A stretch of DNA of 64,000 bases from Dictyostelium discoideum (Eukaryota), in assembly GCA_000004695.1 (NCBI GenBank), contig CM000150.2:3584001-3648000 (forward strand). Direction: 5' to 3'. A model generated the notes under the pieces. That model ran no database searches. It was not told the DNA's origin and was given only the letters and a program-made list of their open reading frames with translations. Made by a program: the position numbers and the translations under genes. This document shows, piece after piece, positions 14,022 through 26,345 of the stretch; within the stretch, counting starts at the first letter, position 1, and every line of letters begins with the position of its first letter.

Positions 14022-14413
14022 AAATAATAAACACAAACACTATCGGAACCACCACTGATCTGATCATTATAAGTCAAACTATTATATATAATTTTTTTAG
14101 ATTCATTTGGTAAACTCTGTTTGTATGTTGATGTAATAGGGTTTGGTTCTTTTGGATCTCTAATATTATAATTTGCAATTTCATTTATCTCTGAACTTCC
14201 TCCTTTTAATGTGTTATCAGTATAAATAGAACCTTTACTGTGACCTAATTGTTCTAAAAACCACCATTCGACATTCTTTTCTATTGTAACCCCATCCCCA
14301 AATACTTGACCATCCTTGTAAATATTTTTTGTTGTTATACATTTTGGAGGAACACAATAAATATGTGATATTAATACAAATAAATATAGAAAAATAATAT
14401 ATTTATTTCTCAT
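11850..14413 (-). CDS. DNase II-family secreted protein, copy B; exons 14413..14039, 13935..13447, 13385..11850
   Basis: Same three-exon structure as copy A. MRNKYIIFLYLFVLISHIYC signal peptide; AHAKGFFIWNEEGGIHVIHSVP; DHSKISYQF...ICFGDLNWQGKQESRGGGAFC; C-terminal extension ends ...EYTKDVSINYILI. Exon 1 donor is GTTTGT, shared with copy C. Frames checked by arithmetic (375, 489 and 1536 nt). Confidence 0.75.
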
Positions 14414-14483
14414 TTTCTTAAGTCTAATGTTATAATGTTTCAATTTTTTAATGGTATAAAAAAAAATTGGGTGTGTTTTTGCG

Positions 14484-14514
<31 letters not shown>

Positions 14515-14879
14515 GCTTTGTTGTCAACAAAGAAAAAAACCTAAAATTGGATCATTTAAAATAAAATAAAAAAACGAACGAAAATATTTTTTTTTAATCG
14601 TTTTTAGATGATTTTCCCACTTCTTTGATTATTGAAAATCTTTTAAATATTTTAGATTTTTTTTTTTATTTTTTTCGACCCATTATTTAATAAAAAAAAA
14701 AAATTATAAAAATTACCCCCACAAACCGTTTAGTTTTTTTTTTTTTTTCACAAAGCCTGGTTTTTATTTTTTTTGACACTTTTTAGCTTTGCATCTTTAT
14801 CGCTTTAAATACGTAAAATACAACATTTTTTTTAAAAAAAAAAAAAAAGTATGGTTAAAAAAAAAAAAAAATCATACTG

Positions 14880-15075
14880 AAATTAAAAAAAAAATGGTAA
14901 AATTTAAAATAGTTATATCATTTTTATTATTTATTTTATATTTTAATTGTTTCACATTTGGTAGTCATGTGTTTTTTATATTAATACAAATAAATATAAA
15001 AAAATAATATATTTATTTCTCATTTAAATTTTTTAATGGTAAAAAAATTGGGTGTTTTTTGTGAAAAAAAAAAAA
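14880..15075. other. Rearrangement scar: partial tandem duplication of the bidirectional promoter region, fusing 72 bp of the giant-gene start (MVKFKIVISFLLFILYFNCFTFGS) to the inverted DNase II start region
   Basis: 14893..14964 repeats the exon 1 start found at 15415. The sequence then continues as 'tcatgtgttttttatattaatacaaataaatataaaaaaataatatatttatttctcat', which is the reverse complement of the DNase II-B start and upstream region (14370..14540). The motif 'aaacgaacgaaaat...aatcgtttttagatgatttt' occurs at both about 14565..14650 and 15155..15240. The chimeric ORF 14789..15007 comes from this scar. Confidence 0.6.
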
Positions 15076-15414
15076 AAATAGCCTTTTTGTGAAAAAAAAA
15101 GAAAAAAAAAAATCTAAAATTGGATCATTGAAAAAATAAAATAAAAAACGAACGAAAATTTTTTTTTAATCGTTTTTAGATGATTTTTCCACTCCTTTTA
15201 TTATTGAATCTTTTTGAACATTTTTCTACCGCTTGGTTTTTTTTTTTTTTACAAAGCTTTGCTAGTTTTTATTTTTTTTTTACACTTTTTAGCTTTGCAT
15301 CTTTAAAACTTTAAAATACGTTTTGGAAAATACTATATTTTTTTTTTTCAATCAACCACACTCTTTTTTTTTTTTTTTTTAAAAAAAATAATCATATTGA
15401 AATTAAAAAAAAAA

Positions 15415-17250
15415 ATGGTAAAATTTAAAATAGTTGTATCATTTTTATTATTTATTTTATATTGTAATTGTTTCACATTTGGTAGTTACACATTTGATAC
15501 AAAAAATTGGTCAACAAATGGTACACTATCATCATGTGTTTTTTATGATTTTGTAAATAACGATTATTATGATTTAAGAGCTATTGTCATACCTGATCAT
15601 CAAGGTGCTTACAGAGCAAGTTTCACAGCTGAACTTTCTGGTGGAATTCAAACACCATATACAATATATTTTAATCCTTGTTTTAATGATCATATGTGTC
15701 CAGGTGGTCTTTCAGTAGGTTGTACTTTTATTGTACAAAATTCACAAAGAGTTCTTAATTCTGTTGGTTTACTTTCAGAATCTCATTTTGTTACATTTAG
15801 AACAGATGGTATTACTATTAAATATCAATCAGCTCTTTTACCATCAACAACATGTGCCTCTAATGGTAACCGTAGAACTATGATTTTAGTTATCACTTGT
15901 GATCCAAATGAACCATTTAAAGTTACAAGTACTTATAACAGAAGAGTGTTATGTGAACATACAATTTATATCGCTTCAAAATTAGTATGCAAAAATAGAG
16001 GAGTATTATTTAATCAAGGTCTATTTTATGATTTAACACCAATGAAATTGTAAGTTATTTAATTCTTTTTCATATTTATTTTTTTTTATTTTTTTTTTTT
16101 TAAAATAATTATCCAAAAATAAAAAAAAAAAAAAAAGGATCAAACACGAAATTTCAAAATAAAAAAATCTAATCTTTTTTCACTTTTTTTTATTTTTTTT
16201 TAATTTTTTTATTTTTATTTTTTTTTCCCACAGATTAACAAGCACTTCACACCAAATCACCAATGATGACCAAACAAAAGATATTCTCTTTAATTTATTC
16301 GGAAATGTAAATAGATGTGGTACTTTCGGTACATCAACATTAAGTTATCAATCATGTATTTTAACAGTTGCTAATAAAGCGATCGATTATAAACTAGATT
16401 CAAGATATGCAACATCACCAAAATCAGTTATGGTAGGATCTCTCAGTCAACCAAGAACAATTACATTTACAAATGATGGAATAACTATAATTTATAGTTC
16501 AACAACTGGTTTCACAGAATGCTCATCAAATGGTAACAAATATTCATCAAAGTATATTTTAATTTGTGATCCATTCACAGAATATTATGTAGATAAATTT
16601 ACATTAGAATCACAATGTATTTATCAAATTAAGGTTTATACTAAATACGCATGTCCAACATTACGTTTATTCAAAGAATCACAATATTATGACCTTTCAC
16701 CATTGATGTTGTAAGTATTCAATTTAATTAAAAAACCTTTTTAATGTTTTATTCTTGCACTTCTAACAATTATTAATAATAAAATAAATAATAGGGATTC
16801 AACAAGAAATTATACAACAGGTCATATTACAGGCGGATATGAATATAATATTGTATTCAATATTGGTAATAAAGCACAAATGTGTAGCGATGCATTTAAT
16901 GATTATTATTTTGCTTGTCAATATGACCCACGTTCTAAAAGTTTTATTCCACTTGCAAAGGCAAGTTTAGGTCAAAGAGTAACATTTGATTTAAATCAAG
17001 TTAAATTCGAATATACTTCACCAACAACAACTAGTTGCCCATTAAATTCCAATAAAAGAACTTTTATTATTGTTTTAAATTGTGATGAAAACCAACATTA
17101 TCAATTAGTTTCAACTTTAGAATCTCCTGTATGTGTATATACAGTAACAATTAAAACTAAATATGTATGTGAATCAACAATTTATTACAATAGAATTAAT
17201 ACTACCTTTTATGATATTACTCCAATAAAAACGTAAGTTTTAAATTAAAT

Positions 17251-17336
<86 letters not shown>

Positions 17337-20300
17337 CTTTATTAACAACCAAAACTATTAATTTTAATTAGAACGAAAGATAGTCCAAAAACTGTAGATA
17401 TTGTTGTTGGTGGATATCCATATAAAGTAAGGGATAATTTTTAAAATTTTTTTTTTTTTTGTTTTTTTTTTTTTAAACAAACATCAAACGTGTCAAACTG
17501 AAATTTAAATATTTTATGTATATATTTAAAAATATTTACTAACTTTACTTTATTAATTTTTTATAACAGCTTTATTACAGTATAGGTAATACTGTTAATT
17601 ATTGTGCAAATCAAGTGGAGTCAGTTCCAGGGGTTGATTATCAAGCTTGTCAATATCTCAGCGGTCTTGTTATTCAAGTCGGTAGTTTAAAAAATACATC
17701 AATGTATCTAAGTAATAATGGTATAAATATATATCATACTACACCATTTGATTTAACCAGAGTATGCCAAAATACAAGATATCAAAGAGTGAACTCTTTA
17801 AATATGGTATGTGATACAACAGCAATAAACGTTGTGGTTAGCGCGACTGAGACTGCCGATGATTGGGCATGTATATATACAATCGAAATTAAAACCAAAT
17901 ATGCATGTCCAATTAATTATGCACCAGTATTGCCAGCTGTTGGAAATCCATGTTTATACAGTTGTACACCACCAGGTGCTTTAAATACAAAAGATATAGT
18001 TAGTGTACTTTTAAATTTGGGCGTTTGTTTCTCAGAGATTAATAAATATGGTACAGGTGCACAATCATTACTTGGTATATTCAACAATACTTGGGTTTTA
18101 AACCACAATGGATATGATGATTGGATGGGTGGACAACTTTATTCACTATTATTAACAGGTAAACCACAAACATCGATTTCACCATATGTTATTTCAATTA
18201 CACATGATAATTTATGTACATATGGTACCAATGGGTTAAGTAAAGCAAAAAATTCAATCAATGATTTTCTTACTATTACAAATGATCTTCTTGAAATTTC
18301 AAATCGTGCAGCCAGTTCAACCGTTACCAAATATACATATTCAGATGGAGCAATAACATTATCAACACATAAACTTTTATCAACATCAACTGGAGGTCTT
18401 GCAATTATTAAATACAAAAATTTGCTATGCTACTATTCAATAGTTTCAAATTTACAAACTTTAGTTATTTCGAATTATTTGCTTTCATGTCCATATTATT
18501 CACCAACCATTACATTGTACAGTTTAACACCACCAACAGGGAAAATTGGAGATACTATCACAATTAATGGCCAAAATTTAGATACAAATAGATATGATGT
18601 TTATTTCAACATAATTGACGACAACAGTAAAGTCAAAGCAACAATAACATCAAGAACCGTAAATTCTGTAAAAGTAATTGTTCCAAATGGTTTTGGTAAT
18701 GCATTAGTCTACACTCAAAATATACTTAATCCAACTACCTCTGATAAACTTTCATTTTCATATCCATCACCAGCGATTGTCAAAGTAATTAGTCAACCAT
18801 TTAGTACAGATATCATCAATAGATTCTTTGTTATTGGTCAAAACCATCGTTCTTTAATAACCAATATCACCATTTATCCATACATCGATAATATTGAAAA
18901 AGAAGCAATTTATTGTGAAATTGAAAAGTATTGTCCAAGTTCATCAAAAATTCCATCAATTCCAGAATCAGCAGTAGGTCATCCATGTATTAATTCAACA
19001 GTTTACTCTGAGAATTCCCAGTTTTTCGATTATTCCAAGTATGATGTTTTTGTTTGTATCAAATCATCATTAGGTGTTGGAAGTGGTATCATTAAATTCC
19101 CATCACAAACATTTACATTTGCATACTCTTATAAAGCACCTCTCTTATATTATACACAACCTGGCATTCGTATTCCAACCGATGGTGGTAGTTTTCAATT
19201 GAGTGGTAAAAACTTTCCACCAACACAAGAAATCATTGATCTCGGTTTAAACACATCTGTAATCATTTGGAATAATGATAATTTTGTTACATTCAAAGGA
19301 ACAAATCTTACAAGCACCAATATCAATTGGAAGAGTTCTAAATCGATTTTATGTGTTGCACCACCAGGTTTCGGTGGACCATTCATCGTTACGGTAACTG
19401 TCGGTAAACAAGCGTCAAAAACTATATATCCAAGTGATTTAAATGAAAATCCAATAGATTATTATTTATATTATTCTCCACCAACTTTGCTCGACATATT
19501 AGCAGTTCCAACTGATGGTGGGGAAACTATAATAAAAGGTACAAATTTTATTCCAGTCTCGCTTGCAGATCAAATTAATAATCAATCATTAATTGGTTCA
19601 CCAAATTCAGTCACGTTTAATAATGTTTTATCTTCATCATGGAAATGGATTAACTCAACACATGTAAAAGCCATCGTACAAAAAGGTATTGGAGCAATCC
19701 TTACAATTGTAAATGTTGGAAGCCAAAGTACTGAAACGAGTCCATATCCCGTAATTTTTTATAAACAACCTGAATTAGATAATAAAAAATATGAAAACTT
19801 TGCAAATAGTAATATTTTAATAACTGGTTCTAATTTTGTACCAGTTGGTGTTTCAGCAGGTTCATCAAGTTCTGTCAAAATTGGAGGTATTCCTTGTAAC
19901 TCTGTAACATGGGTAGATTCAAAATCTGTTATTTGTAATGTACCAATTGGAACTGGTGATAATTTAAATATCCAAGTAACAGTTGGAGGTCAACAAACCG
20001 AATTAAATGATTATTTCTCATATTTAGGGCAATGCGATTTCCTCTGTAGCGATTTATCAAATTTAGTAAGTTTTTAAACATTTTAATTACAGAAAAAAAA
20101 AAAAAAACTAAAAAATACTAATTTTTTACATTATAATCTCAAAGGAATTAGAAAAAGTTATTAGAGAAAATAAAAAAGATTTAAAGAGTACTCTTTTATT
20201 AACAGGTGTATGTTTAGAACAAATCGAGCAATATAATCTCACATATATTAAAAATAAAATTGAATCAAGTTGGATTGGAAGTTCAATTATTAATGATTGG

Positions 20301-23300
20301 ACAAGTGGTAAATTCTATAATTATTTCAAATCATCAGAATCATACTCAACAGTTAAAACACTTGCAAAATATATTACTCCAAAGAATCCATGTATTTATG
20401 ATAATAAAAGAGTAAAGAATTCATTAGATTACCTTTTCGAAATCAATTCAGATATTTTCCATTTAATTGAACTTTCAATTTCATCAAAAATCAGTTATCC
20501 AGATTCACCATATGAAACTTATTTCTATGAATCATCAAGCAACCCAGAGTATGGTCTTTCAATTATTACATTTGATTCAGCAATTTGTAGCTTTACAGAA
20601 TCAACTATTCAAGACTACCAAAGTGGAAAAGTATTACAATCATGTTCAATCATTCCAATTATAAATCAAGTAATTAATCCAACAACAACACTTCAAGCAC
20701 CATATCAATATTCACTTACAATTATTGGTAGATTATTTGATAGTTCAACTAGAATATTTTTATCAGGTTATGAATGTCCAATCATTGGTAATATTATTAC
20801 AAATCAAAATGATTATATTCAAACTCTTAGTTGTTCAGTACCATCAGAAATCAAATCATACTCGGCCTCTCCAATTAGTTTTTACAATGGTTATAGTGAA
20901 AATAATATATATAATTTCTTGTTGGATTTTAAAAAATCATTCTTTTTTATATATCCAATTTCAACAGTAACTCAAATTCAATACCCATCAAGTGGTCCAA
21001 TTCAAATGAATTCTGAAATTAAAGTAATTGGTTTTAATTTCTTCCCATATGGTATTACAAATCCAAGCATTCAAGTTTTTATTGATGATCTTGAATTAAC
21101 AGGTACTATCTTTGGATTAACAAGCATAAATGGAGTTGATTCATTTTCATTTATTGCTTCTGGTTTAGGTTCTTTAAAGTATGTAAAAAAAAAAAAAAAA
21201 TTAAAAAAAAAATTAAATTATTAATATTTAAAATATATTTTTTTCAAAGTTACATTCAATTATTTTATAGTGATAGTTTACCAATGATTATAAACGATGA
21301 TATTAATTTAGAATTTTCATTTGAAAGACCAATTGTTAATAGTATATTACCAACAAATGGAGATTACAATACAAAGGTTACAATTAATGGTAATAATTTT
21401 AGAAAAGGTCAATCAGTAAAAATTGGAGACATATTAGTAAATGATATTGAATTCATTTCAAATCAAAAGATTATTGTTTCAGCACCATTTGGATTTATTA
21501 ATGGACTTGTAGTTGTTTATTCAGATGATCAATACAGTTTAGAAGAAATATCATTTAGTTATCCTTCACCAATTATAGACCAAGTCATTCTTTCAAATTA
21601 TGAATCAAAATTAAACACAACAGGTACAAATTATTTCACAGTAATAGGTAGAGGTTTAGGTACATACATTGCAGAACAAGTCGATATTATTATTAACCAA
21701 GAGTTTTATGCAAGTTGCGAATTCGATTTCTGTGAAAGTTTAGAAATTATTGAAGATATAGATATAAAAGATCAAGGAATTTGTCAATATTTAAAATATA
21801 AAAATTATCAATATATCGATGAAAACTTTGATATATTAAATTGTATTTTAGCTGATTCGATTGGTAAAGATAAATCAATCAGTATCAAAATTTCAGAATT
21901 CCAAAACCAAACTTTCACCTACTCTTATTATGAACCATGGATTGAAAAATTAACACAAAACTCTTCATCAGCAACAACTGATGGTGGTGAAGTTATCGTT
22001 ATAAATGGTTACAACTTTTTACCATTCGAAAATTTAAGTCCATACTATGAAAACAATGAAACTATTGCACAATGGTTAAATCAATCAGAAATATTAATTG
22101 GTGAAAGCTATCTTTGTCAATCAATTAATTGGACCAATTCCTATGAATTAAATTGTACAATCCCACCGGGAATTGGTGTTAATCATACAATCATTGTAAA
22201 AGTAGGCCTTCAATCATCAAATCATACTGATTATTTGTATTCTTACGATCCACCAAAACTTGATACAATCAATAATTCCACCAAAAATGAGACACATTAC
22301 TATTCTTCAACAGATGGTAACAATGAAATTATAATAACAGGTAATAACTTTATTCCAAAAGAGTTATCAGATCATTACAACCAGAATGAAAATAAAACTA
22401 TAAATTCAATACTATTAGGTAAACAATATTGTAATGAAACTATTTGGATTAATTCAACAATAGTTAAATGTAAACCATTAGCAGGTATTGGGTCAAATTA
22501 CAAAATAAACATTAAAGTTGGTAATCAAAATTCAAATGAAACCATTTACTTCTCATATGAGAAGCCAATTTTAGATTTAAAGAATTACACAGGTTCAACA
22601 AATGGTAATACTGAAATTACAATAACAGGTATCAACTTTATTCCAAAAGAATTAGCAGATAATAATAATTTCAATCAATCAGAGAACTATATAATGATTG
22701 GTGATAATAAATGTAATGAAACTATTTGGATCAATTCAACAACAGTTAAATGTAAACCAATATCAGGTACTGGTACCAATCATAGAGTTATCATAACAGT
22801 TGGTAATCAAAACTCAAATGAAACGGTCTACTTTTCATATGATAAACCAATTTTAGATATTAAAAACTATAGTAGTCCAACTGATGGCAATACTGAAATC
22901 ACAATTACAGGTGAAAACTTTATTGAAAATTATAATCAAGAAAAACATAATGAAAATGATAATTTCGTTAGAATCGGTGAAAATAAATGTAATGAAACAA
23001 AGTGGATAAATTCGACAACAATTAAATGTAAATTAATTCAAGGTATTGGTTTAGATTATAAAATAGTTGTAACAGTCGCCAATCAACAATCAAATGAAAA
23101 TGTTTTCTTTTCATATGAAAAACCAATGATTGATAGTAAAACACTATTAGCATCAACCAGTGGTAGTGAAACTATTAAAATTACAGGTACCAATTTCATT
23201 CCATCAACTTTAGTAGAACATTACAACAAAGAAGAAAATAAAGATAACTCAATAAATTCAGTTACTATCAATAACGAGTTTTGTAATGATATTACATGGA

Positions 23301-25732
23301 TTAACTCAACAGAACTAACATGTAAACCATTAGCAGGAGTTGGAACTAATCATACTATATTCATTTTGGTTGGAACTCAAAAATCAAATCAAGTAAAATC
23401 ATTCTCATATAAACCTCCAAAGATTGAAGAGTTTAAATACTACACAGCACCAACACATTCCAATAAAATTATTACTATAACTGGTGAAAACTTTATTCCA
23501 ATCGAATTATTATCAAAAGACAACAGCAATAGTTCAGTACTCATTGATAATATAAAATGTGAAGAAATCAAATGGATTGATTCTACAAAAGTTTCATGTC
23601 AAGTTCCAGTAGGTCAAGGTAAAGATTTATCGATTAAAGTTAAAATTGAAAATCAAGAAACTGAAGAAAATCAACAATTTTCATATGATAAACCATTTAT
23701 TCAATCAATCAATCCAAATAAAGGAAGATGTAATCAAGAAGTATTAATTACAATTCAAGGTGATAGTTTTGGAAAGAGTGATCAACTAATTAAAATTGGT
23801 AATAACGAATGTCAAGATATTCAATTCTATCCAAATCATACATTTACATGTAAAGTTCCAATCGTGGAGAATTCAATTAAATCCATTGTTTTATTAAATG
23901 TTGGAAATCAAGATTCAAACGATAACATTACATATAAATACTATGGACCACCAGAAATTAAAAGTATTGGTTTACCATCATATCTTTCATTCAAAGGTGA
24001 TGATTTAATAACAATCATTGGTAATAACTTTATAGAATATGATGATGGATCTGATGAAATTGTTGTTAAATTTAATAATGAACCAACAGCTATCATTGAA
24101 AAAACAGAAACATCTATTAAAATTAAAACTCTTAGTGGTGATGAATTTAATTTACCAATTGCTGTAGAATTAAATGGTCAAATAAGTAATATCGATACTT
24201 CATTCGTTTACTCAAATCCAATAATTGAAAGTGTAACACCATCATCAAGTAGCTCAAAATCAAATACTCATATCACCATTAAAGGACATAATCTTGGATA
24301 TTCAACAAACACTCCCAAAATTACAATTGGAAGTAGTAATTGTTTAAATATCAATACTATATCTCCAAATGAAGTTCGTTGTATAGTGTTGAAATCAAGC
24401 GCAGGCACTAAACAATTAACATTAACCTATGAAAGTTATCAACCAACCTATTCACAATTCACTCACAAAAACGATGATGACAGTGATAGCCACGATGATG
24501 ATGATGATAAAGACAATAATGGACCAAAAGATACCATAATAAGTATTATCGGAAGTGCAATTGGAGCAGCAGTATCAGCAGCCATAAGTGGACTAATAAC
24601 AAGCATTTTCATTGGTGGAACATCAGTAGCCACAGCAGCAGCAACAACAACAGCAACAGGTACCGCGATTGCAACAGCAACTACAGCGTCAACAGCAACA
24701 GCTATTGCCAGTGCAACGACCGAAGGTGTTGCAGTAGTCTTTACAAGGGTATCAGTAATAGCAGCAACAGCAGGTGGTGTTGTTATTACTGCAATTGTAA
24801 CAGCAACAGTCATCCTTATTTCAGGTGGAAGTACACCATCACCAACTCCAACTATAACTCCAACTATTTCACCAACTCCAACACCAACCGATAACTATTG
24901 GGTAAGATGTATGGTCGATTATTCAAGATTAACTTTACAAGTCGATAATCTTTACGGTCAAGATATAGTATGTATTGATGGTAATGGAATTTCATCAATT
25001 TTCAACGAATCATTCTCTTGTAAACCTGATCTTATTAACGATAGTATGATATGCACTCAACAACATCAAGATGGAACAAATTCAACAACCACATTTGGTA
25101 ATTCAACATTAATTTGTCATATTGACTCAACAAAATCATGTGAAATTTCACCACCATTCATTATACCATCCGATCCAATTGAAGATGATGAATATTCAAA
25201 TATTTTAGAATGTCAATATAATCTCATTGAAAATTCATTATCAACACACTCTAATAATAGTCCATTAAGATGTTATAATAATGAAACTGAAAATTACTTC
25301 ACTATGAATACTACACTTTCATGCTCAAAAGATGAATCATTAAGTCAAGATAACAATACGATTTCTTGTTTAGCAGATACAGATGATACTCAAATCTTTT
25401 TCTTTAAGAACTCAATTACATGCATTACAGATTATCCATACTATAAATGTACAATGAAATCTGAACCATCACAAGATGATAACATAATTCCAGAACCAAC
25501 ATTACCACCAACTCCATCAATTGATGATGATTCCACATGTATTTATGATTCAGCCAATCCATATTCAATAGATCTCCAACCAACGATTGGAACTAATGTC
25601 AAATGTCCAACAAATGAAAAAGAACTTCATTATGATCTTTCAACTTATCTAACATGCACAGATAATACCACCCATAAAAACTCCACTTATTCAGTTTCAT
25701 ATTCAACTTATGTTTGCATTAAAACAAAATAA
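15415..25732 (+). CDS. Giant secreted/membrane glycoprotein, copy B, about 3,200 aa: signal peptide, 4 P-type-lectin (MRH, CI-MPR-like) domains, at least 15 IPT/TIG repeats, Asp/His stretch, Ala/Thr/Gly hydrophobic region, Pro/Thr linker, Cys-rich C-terminal domain. Exons 15415..16049, 16234..16710, 16796..17232, 17372..17426, 17570..20065, 20145..21178, 21271..25732
   Basis: All seven exon junctions have GT..AG boundaries and the phases reconcile (2-2, 2-2, 2-2, 0, 0, 2). The ORF-track pieces 15397..16053, 16430..16714, 16880..17236, 17615..20077, 20919..21224 and 21284..25732 all join into one frame. Each lectin exon ends in YDL(T/S)P(M/L/I) and contains Cys pairs plus Y-x-(I/V)-x-(I/V)-x-T-K-Y-(A/V)-C. 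This resembles the CI-MPR repeat signatures (YDLSxL, FxWxTxxAC), from my recall. The motif IT(I/V)xGxNF(I/L) recurs as in IPT/TIG domains. NxS/T sites are abundant. Confidence 0.6.
17262..17337. repeat. (AAT)n microsatellite inside intron 3 of giant gene B
   Basis: Perfect trinucleotide run visible in the sequence. Confidence 0.9.
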
Positions 25733-26345
25733 AAACAATTAAAATAATTTTTAAAAAAAAATAAAAAATAAAATGAGATAATGGTTTTATCAATAATTTA
25801 ATTTGATACAAAATTCATTTTTAGTGTTTTTACATGTATAACATTTTAATTATTGTTTACTAATATTAATATTAATTATTCCTCTGAATATTTCTAATTA
25901 ATTTTAATTTTTTGAATAAAAAAACTAAATTAACCTTTTTGTAACATTCAAGAGGTCAAGTTATAGCTAACTATCCAATTAATACTTTATTAATAGTAAT
26001 AGTAAAGGTAAAAGAAAAATTAAAAATGAAATAGAAAAACTAGAAAAAGATAAACAGGATGAAATTAAAAATTAAAAAAATGATAAATTCAATGGTTTAA
26101 ATCAAAAAGAATAATTAGAAAATCTGGCTACAGTAATTCAATTATGGCAACCATCTTCATATTTTCAAGCTTCATTTTTTTATTTGATTAACCATTAAAA
26201 AATAATTAAATGTGAAAATAAATGTGATATTTATTTTAAAATAGAATTTTTTTTTTTTTATTTCTTAATGCACCATTTGGTTTTATCGAATTTTGAAAAC
26301 TAAAAAATTTTATTTTTGGAATTAGTTAAATTTTAAAAAATTAAA

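Noticed and set aside
20066-20092. GTAAGT...TTACAG as a real 26-nt intron
   Set aside because: It is too short for a spliceosomal intron. The full 79-nt intron ending in AAAG restores the frame exactly. It is retained only as a low-interest alternative-acceptor idea.
15415-25732. Naming the giant genes as tgr (Tiger) family members
   Set aside because: IPT/TIG repeats are shared with Tgr proteins, but the MRH-lectin N-terminus and the roughly 3,200-aa size do not fit what I recall of TgrB1/TgrC1. No gene symbol is assigned.
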